Below, in pieces: positions 17,925 to 25,358 of a stretch of DNA of 25,358 bases. The stretch covers positions 1-25,358 of the forward strand of contig JBAXOY010000039.1 in the NCBI GenBank assembly GCA_037133055.1, written 5' to 3'. Below the pieces are notes generated by a model, which saw only the letters and a list, made by a program, of their open reading frames with translations, was not told where the DNA came from and did no database searches. Source of the DNA: Chlamydiota bacterium. GTDB lineage: Bacteria > Auribacterota > Tritonobacteria > UBA1439. A program made the translations under genes and the position numbers. Positions within the stretch are counted from its first letter, which is position 1, and every line of letters begins with the position of its first letter.

Positions 17925-18884
17925 TCACGGGTACAGCCAGCACGCCACCCGGTGTCCCGGCTCGGGCTCGGTGAACGGCGGATCTTTTTCCGAACAGACC
18001 GGCATCCTGCGCGGACACCGTGGATGAAAGCGGCATCCCGGTGGCGGGGCAAGCGATGAGGCCGGCTCGCCGCGTATGGTGCCCCGGGACTCGCCGGTCG
18101 CGCGCCCTATCTCGGGCACCGCGGCGATGAGCGCCCGCGTGTACGGGTGAAGCGGATTACGGTAGAGCCCGTCCCTGCCCGCCTCCTCGACAAGGACGCC
18201 CAGGTACATGACCGCCACGCGGTCGGCGATATGCTCCACGACGCGCAGGTCGTGCGAGATGAACAGGTAGGCGAGGCCCATCTCGTCCTGCAGGTCCTCA
18301 AGCAGGGTGATGATCTGCGCCTGGATCGACACATCGAGCGCCGATACCGGCTCGTCGCAGACCAGGAGCTCGGGATCGAGGGCGAGCGCGCGCGCGATCC
18401 CGATCCTCTGCCGCTGGCCGCCGCTGAACTCGTGCGGGTAGCAGTTGAGCGCGGCGGGCGGCAGGCCGACCCTGCGCAGAAGCTCCACGACCTTTTCCTC
18501 GAGCGCGCTCCCCCGCGCGAGGCCGTGCACGCGAAGCGGCTCTCCCACCGTCCCCCCCACCGTCATGCGGGGGTCGAGGGAGGAAATCGGGTCCTGGAAG
18601 ATGATCTGCATCCGGCGGCGGATCCTCCGCAGGTCGTCCCCCTCGAGGCCGAGGACCGGGACGCCCCCGAAGAGGATGGAGCCGGCGGTCGGCTCGATAA
18701 GGCGGAGGATCGCCTTCCCCGCGGTGGTCTTCCCGCACCCGCTCTCGCCGACGAGGCCGAGCGTCTCGCCCTTCGGGAGGGAGAAGGATACCCCGTCCAC
18801 CGCGCGCACCGTCCCCTCGCTCCTCGAGAACATGCCCCGGTGCACGGTGAAATGCTTCTTCAGACCCCTCACCTCGAGCAGCAT
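17925..18884 (-). CDS. oppF: Oligopeptide/dipeptide ABC ATP-binding protein
   Basis: GESGCGKT, FSGGQRQR, CDEPVSALD, HPYT and CRFHPRC motifs. Confidence 0.92.
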   Translation of the reverse strand: MLLEVRGLKKHFTVHRGMFSRSEGTVRAVDGVSFSLPKGETLGLVGESGCGKTTAGKAILRLIEPTAGSILFGGVPVLGLEGDDLRRIRRRMQIIFQDPISSLDPRMTVGGTVGEPLRVHGLARGSALEEKVVELLRRVGLPPAALNCYPHEFSGGQRQRIGIARALALDPELLVCDEPVSALDVSIQAQIITLLEDLQDEMGLAYLFISHDLRVVEHIADRVAVMYLGVLVEEAGRDGLYRNPLHPYTRALIAAVPEIGRATGESRGTIRGEPASSLAPPPGCRFHPRCPRRMPVCSEKDPPFTEPEPGHRVACWLYP

Positions 18885-18900
18885 GGCACTCCCTTTCGCC

Positions 18901-20568
18901 TCACCGGTTCGTGACAAGCTCCTTGTCCCCCTGCACACCGAGCACCCGCACCGGCGTCCTGACCGACTTCTCCAGCAGGGGGATGTCATCCCGGTCTATC
19001 ACCGCGAAGAGGGGGCCCTTCGAGTCCCAGAGGCGGAAGAAGGTCCGGAACTTGATGAACCACGGATTGCGCCTCCCCTGCAGCTTCCGGCCGTAATCGA
19101 GCTCGCTTTCCGCGCCGACGACCGCGATCCTCCGCTTCGCATAGAACGGGAAGTCCTGGGCGTAGAAACAGTAACTGAAGACGGTGTTCCCCGCCCCCGC
19201 GCGGTCCCTGACGATCAGGGCCAGTTCCTTCAGCGACCTTTTCCTCTCGAATGCCCGGATGACGAACCCGGGCCCGGCGATCTCCGCGATATATAACATG
19301 AGGACGAGACTGAAGAAATACCGGACCGCGCGTCCCCGGCGGGCGGCGAGAAAACAGAGGATCCCCGCCCAGAGCAGGATCGCCCCGATCACCGCGCACC
19401 CCGCCCTGCTGATCCGGGGATCCGGCATGAGCGCCCCCCAGAGCGCAATCCCCGCGGCGCCGGCAAGGAGCGCGATCGCGGCGAACTGCGCCTGCCCCCG
19501 CATCGCGGCGATCCCCTCGTCGAAGGCGCGCGAGAAGGCCTTGCCCGTGAGCAGGGCGGCGGCGGGGAACATCGGGAGTATGTAAGGAGTGAGCTTCGAG
19601 CCCGAGAGGGTGAAGAAAAGGAAAATCACCGCCGCCCAGAGCAGCATGAAGAGCCCCGGGTCCGATTCGCCCGATTTCCCGCCCCTCCACGCGCGCGCGA
19701 CGGCCGAGGAAAAGAAGCACGACCACGGGAACATCCCGCCGAGGAGCACGGGGACAAAGAAGAGTAGCGGTTCGTGGCGCTTCAGCTTCGCGGTGAGAAA
19801 GCGCTCCAGGTGCTGGGTGATGAAGAAGAATCCGGGGAACACCGGGTTCCGGATCGAGACCAGCACGAACCAGGGCACGGCGATGGCGGCGAACAGGGCG
19901 AAGCCCTTCACCGGACGCATCTCGCGCAGGAGATGCCCGCGCCGCCCGATGAGCAGGTAGAGGACTACGACGCAGCCCGGAAGCAGGGCGCCGACGGGGC
20001 CCTTGGTGAGGACCGCGAGCGCCGCGCATGCGTAGGAAAGATAATAGTACCCGCCCGCGCGCGGCTCCCCCGCGCGCGTCGCCATGAAAAACAGGCCGAG
20101 CGCGCCGGTCATGAAGAAGGTGAGCGTCATATCCGTGATCGCGAGCCTCCCCTGCACGAGATACCCGAGCGAGGTCCCCAGCACGAGGGAGGAGAGCATC
20201 CCCTCCCTCCTCCCCCACGCCGCGCGGCCGATGCAATACGTGAGGAGGACGCCCCCGAGCCCGAGGAGGGCGCTGAAGAACCGCGCGGCGAACTCCGTCT
20301 CACCGAGGAGGCGGAAGGAGAAGGCGTTCAGCCAGTAGTAGAGCGGGGGCTTCTCGAAGTAGTCCACGTAGTTGAGGCGGGGGGTGATGAAATCCCCGCG
20401 CTCGATCATCTCCCGCGGGACCTCCGCGTAGCGGGCCTCATCGGGGATCAGGAGGGGCGCCCTGCCGAGGAAGAGGAAGAACGCGACCGCGAAAACGGCG
20501 GAGAGGAGAAGGAGATCGGCCCAGGGATTTGCCTCTTTTCTCGCGAGGTAGTCGGTGATGATTCTCAT
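18901..20568 (-). CDS. ArnT-like lipid-carrier-dependent glycosyltransferase (GT-C fold)
   Basis: DEARYAE..REM, YFEKPPLYYW, LTKGP and SKL.PYILP motifs, many TM helices; ATGA overlap with the nadA stop. Confidence 0.9.
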   Translation of the reverse strand: MRIITDYLARKEANPWADLLLLSAVFAVAFFLFLGRAPLLIPDEARYAEVPREMIERGDFITPRLNYVDYFEKPPLYYWLNAFSFRLLGETEFAARFFSALLGLGGVLLTYCIGRAAWGRREGMLSSLVLGTSLGYLVQGRLAITDMTLTFFMTGALGLFFMATRAGEPRAGGYYYLSYACAALAVLTKGPVGALLPGCVVVLYLLIGRRGHLLREMRPVKGFALFAAIAVPWFVLVSIRNPVFPGFFFITQHLERFLTAKLKRHEPLLFFVPVLLGGMFPWSCFFSSAVARAWRGGKSGESDPGLFMLLWAAVIFLFFTLSGSKLTPYILPMFPAAALLTGKAFSRAFDEGIAAMRGQAQFAAIALLAGAAGIALWGALMPDPRISRAGCAVIGAILLWAGILCFLAARRGRAVRYFFSLVLMLYIAEIAGPGFVIRAFERKRSLKELALIVRDRAGAGNTVFSYCFYAQDFPFYAKRRIAVVGAESELDYGRKLQGRRNPWFIKFRTFFRLWDSKGPLFAVIDRDDIPLLEKSVRTPVRVLGVQGDKELVTNR

Positions 20569-21476
20569 TTCACGGATAACATTCTCTCCAGCGCGCGGGC
20601 CGCCCGCCTCCGCACATCCTCCCCCACCCGGATCTCGTGCTGCAACCTCTCGATGGAATCGGCGACGGAGGCGAGGGTGGTCATCTTCATGTTGGGGCAG
20701 AACAAACGTTTCGACCCGAGGTGGAACTTTTTGCCGGGGTTGTCCCTCACGAGGCGGTGCAGGATGCCCGCCTCGGTCAGGACGATGAACTCGTCCGCCG
20801 GCGAGGAGCGGGCGAACGCGAGCATGCCCGAGGTGCTGCACACGTGGTCGGCGAGCGCGGTGACGTCGGGGCCGCACTCGGGGTGCGCCATGACGGGGGC
20901 GCCCGGGTGCTCGCGCTTCGCCCGGAGGACGTCCTCGACACTGACCCAGGCGTGGGTCGCGCAGTACCCCTTCCAGAGGATAAGCCGCTTCGCCGTCCGG
21001 GCCTGCACCCAGGCGCCGAGGTTCATGTCGGGGCCGAAGAGGACCTCGTCCGCATCGAGCGAGTTCACGATCGCGGCGGCGTTCGCCGAGGTGCAGCAGA
21101 TATCGCTCTCCGCCTTTACCTCCGCGCTCGAGTTGATGTACGTGACGACGGGCCTCCCCGGATAGCCGTTCTTCCACTGCCTGAGCTGTCCGGCGTCGAG
21201 CATGTCGGAGAGGGGGCAGCCCGCCTCCCGGACCGGGAGGAGGACCGTCCTGCCGGGGTTGAGGATGCAGGCGCTCTCCGCCATGAAATACACGCCGCAG
21301 AAAACGATCACCCGCGCGTCCGTCTTCGCGGCGGCGCGGCTCAGCTCGAGCGAGTCGCCCGTGAAGTCGGCGATCTCCTGCACCTCGCCGCGCTGGTAGT
21401 TGTGCGCGAGGATGACGGCCCGGCGCTCGACTTTAAGTCGCGCGATCCGCGCGGCGCACTCGCTGTGGGACTGCAT
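20565..21476 (-). CDS. nadA: Quinolinate synthase
   Basis: ILAHNYQ, GDSLEL, FCGVYFMAE and HPEC motifs; three Fe-S cysteines (GCPL, YCATH, CPNMK). Confidence 0.96.
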   Translation of the reverse strand: MQSHSECAARIARLKVERRAVILAHNYQRGEVQEIADFTGDSLELSRAAAKTDARVIVFCGVYFMAESACILNPGRTVLLPVREAGCPLSDMLDAGQLRQWKNGYPGRPVVTYINSSAEVKAESDICCTSANAAAIVNSLDADEVLFGPDMNLGAWVQARTAKRLILWKGYCATHAWVSVEDVLRAKREHPGAPVMAHPECGPDVTALADHVCSTSGMLAFARSSPADEFIVLTEAGILHRLVRDNPGKKFHLGSKRLFCPNMKMTTLASVADSIERLQHEIRVGEDVRRRAARALERMLSVK

Positions 21477-21543
21477 CACGCCCCCCGCATGGCCCTTGCA
21501 GGCGTCTTTGTTGCAAGGGGTCAGGGGGGCCTCCTACCCTTTT

Positions 21544-21614
21544 CCCCCTCCACCCTTGCGGGGGAGCCTGCCTGCCCCTGCACGCCGGCAGGCGCGCGCG
21601 GGCAGGGGTGGGGG
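21544..21614. repeat. REP-like palindromic element with a nested ~34-bp insertion
   Basis: CCCCCTCCACCCTTGCGGGGGAG[insert]GGCAGGGGTGGGGG aligns with the uninterrupted copy at 23565-23602. Confidence 0.7.
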
Positions 21615-21664
21615 AAAACACCCGCCGTACGTGACCCCTTGATCTTCCCTCACGCGTTTCGCGC

Positions 21665-22510
21665 TCAGGGATCGAGGATGATGTTGTCGATGAGGCGTGT
21701 CCCCCCGACGCGCGCCGCGACGGCGAGGAGGGTCTTCTGGTCCACCGCGGCGACGCGCTCGAGCGTGTCCGGGTTGACCGCATCGAGGTACTCGATCCGG
21801 ACAAGGGGGGCGGTCGCGATGGATCCGCGGACCGCCCCGAGGATTGCCTGCACCTCGATCGCCCCGGCGCGGACCATCTCCTGGGCCTTCTCAAGCGACC
21901 GGTACAGAATCGCGGCCTCCTTCTTCTCCCGCGGGTTCAGGTACTTGTTGCGGGAGCTGCAGGCAAGCCCGCTCTTCTCGCGGATGGTGGGCATCACGAC
22001 GACGTGGATCGGGTAATTGAGGTCCGCGACCATCTTGCGTATCATGGCGGATTGCTGCGCGTCCTTCTGGCCGAAATACGCGGAGTGCGGCCGCACGATG
22101 TTGAAGAGCTTCGCGACGATCGTCGTGACCCCGCGGAAGTGCCCCGGGCGGAACGGCCCGCAGAGCTTCCGGGCGAGACGCTCCTCCTCGACGAAGGTGG
22201 AGTACCCGCCCGGGTAGAGCTCATCGCTGCTCGGGGCGAAGACGACGTTCACGCGGCACTCCTTCGCGATGGCGAGGTCCCGCTTCATGTCGCGCGGGTA
22301 CTGTGCGAAATCCTCCCCCTGCCCGAACTGGAGCGGGTTGACGAAGATGCTCACCGCCAGCCGGTCGCACCGGGCGCGCGCCTCCCGAAGCAACATGGCA
22401 TGCCCCTCGTGGAAATAGCCCATCGTGGGCACGAGCGCGATCCTCCGGCCCCTCTTGCAGTTGTGCTTCGCGTAGCGCTGCATTTCCTTAACCGTGGTGA
22501 GTATTCTCAT
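21665..22510 (-). CDS. panC: Pantoate--beta-alanine ligase
   Basis: PTMG..HEGH, FVNPLQF, RPGHF.GV, FGQKDAQQ, SSRN and RLIDN motifs. Confidence 0.96.
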   Translation of the reverse strand: MRILTTVKEMQRYAKHNCKRGRRIALVPTMGYFHEGHAMLLREARARCDRLAVSIFVNPLQFGQGEDFAQYPRDMKRDLAIAKECRVNVVFAPSSDELYPGGYSTFVEEERLARKLCGPFRPGHFRGVTTIVAKLFNIVRPHSAYFGQKDAQQSAMIRKMVADLNYPIHVVVMPTIREKSGLACSSRNKYLNPREKKEAAILYRSLEKAQEMVRAGAIEVQAILGAVRGSIATAPLVRIEYLDAVNPDTLERVAAVDQKTLLAVAARVGGTRLIDNIILDP

Positions 22511-22527
22511 TCACCCCCCCTATGAAG

Positions 22528-22606
22528 AACCGGGGAATCGGGGAACCAGGGAGGGGGGGATTTACGTTTTGTCTTGCCCCGGCTCCCCGGCTCCCCCCTC
22601 TCCGGC
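22528..22606. repeat. Inverted pair of octamer arrays (AACCGGGG / CCCCGGCT)
   Basis: AACCGGGG AATCGGGG AACCAGGG, a T-rich core, then CCCCGGCT CCCCGGCT and degenerate copies. Confidence 0.8.
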
Positions 22607-22637
22607 TCACTCCATGCCGTTCTCCATGATGCCGGCC

Positions 22638-23444
22638 TCACTGGTACGAGTGCCCGGCGTCCGGATACTGGCCGCCGCGGACCTCCGCCGCGTAGCGGGA
22701 AACCGCGCGCTTCATTTCGGCTCCGAGATCCGCGTACACCTTCACGAAGCGCGCCGCGCGCCCGGCGCACATCCCGAGTATATCGTTCAGCACGAGTATC
22801 TGCCCATCGCAGGAAGGGCCCGCGCCGATCCCGATCGTGGGGATCTCGACGGACGCGGTGACCCGCGCGGCGAGGTCCGCAGGGAGGCATTCCAGCACAA
22901 GCGCGAACACGCCCAACGCCTCGAGCGCCTTCGCGTCCTCCACGATCCCGCGTGCCGCCTCGTCCCCCCGCCCCTGGACCCGGTAGCCCCCGAGGACCAG
23001 GACATCCTGCGGCGTCAGGCCGATGTGGCCGAGGACGGGCACCCCGGCGCGCACCGTCGCCTGGATGTGCGGGCCGATCTCCCTCCCCCCCTCGATCTTC
23101 ACGGCATGGGCCCCCGCCTCCTTCACGAATCTACCCGCGTTCCGGACGGTCCCCTCGACGCTCACCCCCGCGGCCATAAACGGCATGTCGCCCACGAGGA
23201 GCGCGCGGGTGTTCCCCCGCGCCGCGGCGCGGGTGTGGTGGAGCATCTCCTCCATCGTCACGGGGAGGGTGTTCGTGTAGCCGAGCAGCACCATCCCGAG
23301 CGAGTCGCCGACGAGGATCATGTCGACGCCCTCGGCGTTCAGGACGCCCGATGCGTAGCAGTCGTACGCGGTGAGGGCGACGATCTTCTCCCCGCGCTTC
23401 TTCATCTCCCCGAGAACCACGGGTGTGACCTTGTCCGCCGTCAT
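22638..23444 (-). CDS. panB: 3-methyl-2-oxobutanoate hydroxymethyltransferase
   Basis: LTAYD, LVGDSLG, DMPF, KIEGG, GHIGLTPQ and GIGAG motifs. Confidence 0.96.
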   Translation of the reverse strand: MTADKVTPVVLGEMKKRGEKIVALTAYDCYASGVLNAEGVDMILVGDSLGMVLLGYTNTLPVTMEEMLHHTRAAARGNTRALLVGDMPFMAAGVSVEGTVRNAGRFVKEAGAHAVKIEGGREIGPHIQATVRAGVPVLGHIGLTPQDVLVLGGYRVQGRGDEAARGIVEDAKALEALGVFALVLECLPADLAARVTASVEIPTIGIGAGPSCDGQILVLNDILGMCAGRAARFVKVYADLGAEMKRAVSRYAAEVRGGQYPDAGHSYQ

Positions 23445-23564
23445 ACCCTGCCCCCTTCCCCGCGCCCCTGCTATTTCAATCCTCACGTGCCGACAGTTTC
23501 CTCTTCCCACCTGAGGGGGAAACCATCCTTTGCTCGCTCCCCAGTCAGGAGGATCTTCCTCTAC

Positions 23565-23602
23565 TCCCCTCCCCCCTTGAGGGGGAGGGTCAGGGAGGGG
23601 GG
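23565..23602. repeat. REP-like palindromic element
   Basis: CCCTCCCCC-CTTGA-GGGGGAGGG hairpin followed by TCAGGGAGGGGGG; a degenerate partial copy lies at ~23501-23520. Confidence 0.75.
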
Positions 23603-23606
23603 TGCA

Positions 23607-24158
23607 CTATATCCTCCCCATGGCCCCCCGGATCAAAATGCCCGTCCGCTCGACCCCGTGCGTATCCTTCAGCCCCGCGAGCAGCGCCGCGATCGTTTCC
23701 CCTTCCCCGGGGTGAACCACGCTCCCCGCGATCTCGGCGAGCGGCGCGAGCGCGAAGCGCCTCTCGTGCAGCCGCGGGTGCGGCACCGTGAGGCGCGGGG
23801 TGCGCATCACCCGCCGCCCGAAGAGCAGTATGTCGAGGTCGATCGTCCGCGGGGAGTTCCTCGCACCGCGCGCACGCCCCATGGCCCGCTCGACGCCGCG
23901 GAGCGCGCGTAGGAGCGCCGCGGGTCCGAGCGAGGTCTCAATCTCGATCGCCGCGTTCAGATACCGCGGCTGCGGCGGGCCGCCGACCGGCTCGGTCCGG
24001 TAGACCGGGGATGTTTTCCTCACCCGCACGTCCGGAATCTCGGCGATCCGATCGATCGCCTCCTGAAGATTCTTCCCGGGATCTCCAAGATTGGATCCGA
24101 GTCCGATATATGCCCGTTCCGCACCGCACGGGAGCCCCTTGCCCGTCCCGGTTTTCAC
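23607..24158 (-). CDS. folK: 2-amino-4-hydroxy-6-hydroxymethyldihydropteridine diphosphokinase
   Basis: [21 protein letters not shown] and PHPRLHER.F motifs; GTGA overlap with the upstream gene. Confidence 0.95.
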   Translation of the reverse strand: MKTGTGKGLPCGAERAYIGLGSNLGDPGKNLQEAIDRIAEIPDVRVRKTSPVYRTEPVGGPPQPRYLNAAIEIETSLGPAALLRALRGVERAMGRARGARNSPRTIDLDILLFGRRVMRTPRLTVPHPRLHERRFALAPLAEIAGSVVHPGEGETIAALLAGLKDTHGVERTGILIRGAMGRI

Positions 24159-25342
24159 CCTATCCCGAGCTTGCCGATCCGCTCAACCGCTTCACGGATC
24201 CTCTCCTCGGGCACGGTGAGGGTCATGCGGATGTATCCCTCGCCGCTCGGGCCAAGGCCGTTCCCGGGAGTGGCGACGATGCCGGCCTCTTTCAGGAGCC
24301 GCCCGGCCAGCTCGGCGGAGCGCAGGCGCCCGGGCACGCGGGCCCACACGTAAAAGGTCGCCCTCGGTTTCGCGACGCTCCACCCGAGGCTGCGGAGCCC
24401 GTCCACGAGCGCGTCGCGCCTGCGCCGGTAGATCGCGATGTACTCCTCCAGAAAATCCTGCGGCCCGTCCAGCGCCGCGACGCCGGCGAGCTGCACGGCC
24501 TGGAAGATCCCCGAGTCAAGATTCGACTTCACCTTCCCCAGCCCGGCGATCACCTCCGCATTCCCGACGGCGAACCCGACCCTCCATCCGGTCATGCTGT
24601 AGGTCTTGGAGAGCGAGTGGAACTCGATGCCGACTTCCTTCGCCCCATCCAGTTCGAGAAAGCTCGGGGGGCGGAAACCGTCGTAGGCGAGCTCCGTGTA
24701 GGCGGCGTCGTGGCAGACGATGATGCCGTGCCGCCGCGCGAACTCGGCCACGAGGGCGAAGAACCCCCGGTCGCAGGTCGCCGCGGTCGGGTTGTTCGGA
24801 TAGTTGATAAAGAGGAGTTTCGCCCTGCGGCGGACCTCCGCGGGGATGGCGTCGAGGTCCGGCAGGAAGCCGCGCTCATCGAGGAGCGGCATGCGGTGGG
24901 GCTCGCCGCCAGCGAGTATGGTTGTCGCCTGGTAGACCGGGTACCCGGGGTCGGGCACGAGCACCGCGTCGCCCGGGTTCACGAACGCGAACGGGATGTG
25001 GCCTATTCCCTCCTTCGAGCCGATGAGGGGCAGGACCTCCGTGTCCGGGTCGAGGCGCACGCCGAAGCGGCGCCCGTACCAGTCCGCGATCGCCCTGCGC
25101 AGCGCGGGCATGCCCAGGTCGAGCGCGTACCGGTGATTCGCGGGGTCGAGCGCCGCGCGGTGCAGGGCCTCGATGATGTGCGGGGGAGTCGGCAGGTCCG
25201 GATCCCCCACCCCGAGGTCGATGATGTCCCGCCCCGTCCCGACGACCTCCCGCTTCATCCGGTCTATCTCGGCGAACAGGTACGGCGGGAGCTTCTTCAG
25301 CCTGTCCGCGAGTTCTATCTTGAACTGCGTCTTTGCGCTCAA
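24155..25342 (-). CDS. dapL: Class I/II PLP aminotransferase, probably LL-diaminopimelate aminotransferase
   Basis: LPPYLFA, LGVGDPD, GSKEG, NYPNNPT, HDAAY and [14 protein letters not shown] motifs; TTG start with a purine-rich SD. The substrate is inferred. Confidence 0.75.
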   Translation of the reverse strand: MSAKTQFKIELADRLKKLPPYLFAEIDRMKREVVGTGRDIIDLGVGDPDLPTPPHIIEALHRAALDPANHRYALDLGMPALRRAIADWYGRRFGVRLDPDTEVLPLIGSKEGIGHIPFAFVNPGDAVLVPDPGYPVYQATTILAGGEPHRMPLLDERGFLPDLDAIPAEVRRRAKLLFINYPNNPTAATCDRGFFALVAEFARRHGIIVCHDAAYTELAYDGFRPPSFLELDGAKEVGIEFHSLSKTYSMTGWRVGFAVGNAEVIAGLGKVKSNLDSGIFQAVQLAGVAALDGPQDFLEEYIAIYRRRRDALVDGLRSLGWSVAKPRATFYVWARVPGRLRSAELAGRLLKEAGIVATPGNGLGPSGEGYIRMTLTVPEERIREAVERIGKLGIG

Positions 25343-25358
25343 CTCTTCTCCCCCTCTA

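Noticed and set aside
18901..21177. 758-aa ArnT with a long N-terminal extension; likewise the 383-aa UDG
   Set aside because: The extensions are off-frame reads through nadA and DegT; overlapping start/stop codons at 20568 and 7649 give normal-sized proteins.
7044..24353. Long plus-strand and alternate-frame ORFs (e.g. 11152-13500, 9775-11109, 9848-11557, 22494-23912)
   Set aside because: Shadow ORFs of high-GC3 genes; they overlap well-supported genes and show no recognisable motifs.

Overview
The window has two compartments, and every credible gene is on the minus strand. From about 6850 to 25358 it is GC-rich diderm housekeeping DNA, read right to left: dapL-like aminotransferase, folK, panB, panC, nadA, ArnT-type glycosyltransferase, an incomplete oligopeptide ABC set (ATPase, substrate-binding protein, one permease), ROK kinase, lptD, ugd, SDR epimerase, DegT aminotransferase and family-4 uracil-DNA glycosylase. 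From 1 to about 6850 it is an AT-richer accessory region with a Phd/YefM-RelE toxin-antitoxin pair and its likely operator, an IS3-type transposase remnant, two disrupted small genes missed by the ORF track, an orphan, a trypsin-like protease and a large secreted double beta-propeller protein. Two signals stand out. (i) The propeller gene is a compositional chimera: only its C-terminal ~125-aa domain has host-like GC, suggesting a reusable sorting/anchoring cassette. (ii) Six core intergenic spacers carry short repeats (7/8/9-mer arrays, some in inverted pairs, and REP-like hairpins, one with a nested insert), two of them where a gene is expected but absent. I saw no CRISPR array, reverse transcriptase, intact tRNA or rRNA. 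All family assignments come from reading motifs, not from database searches.
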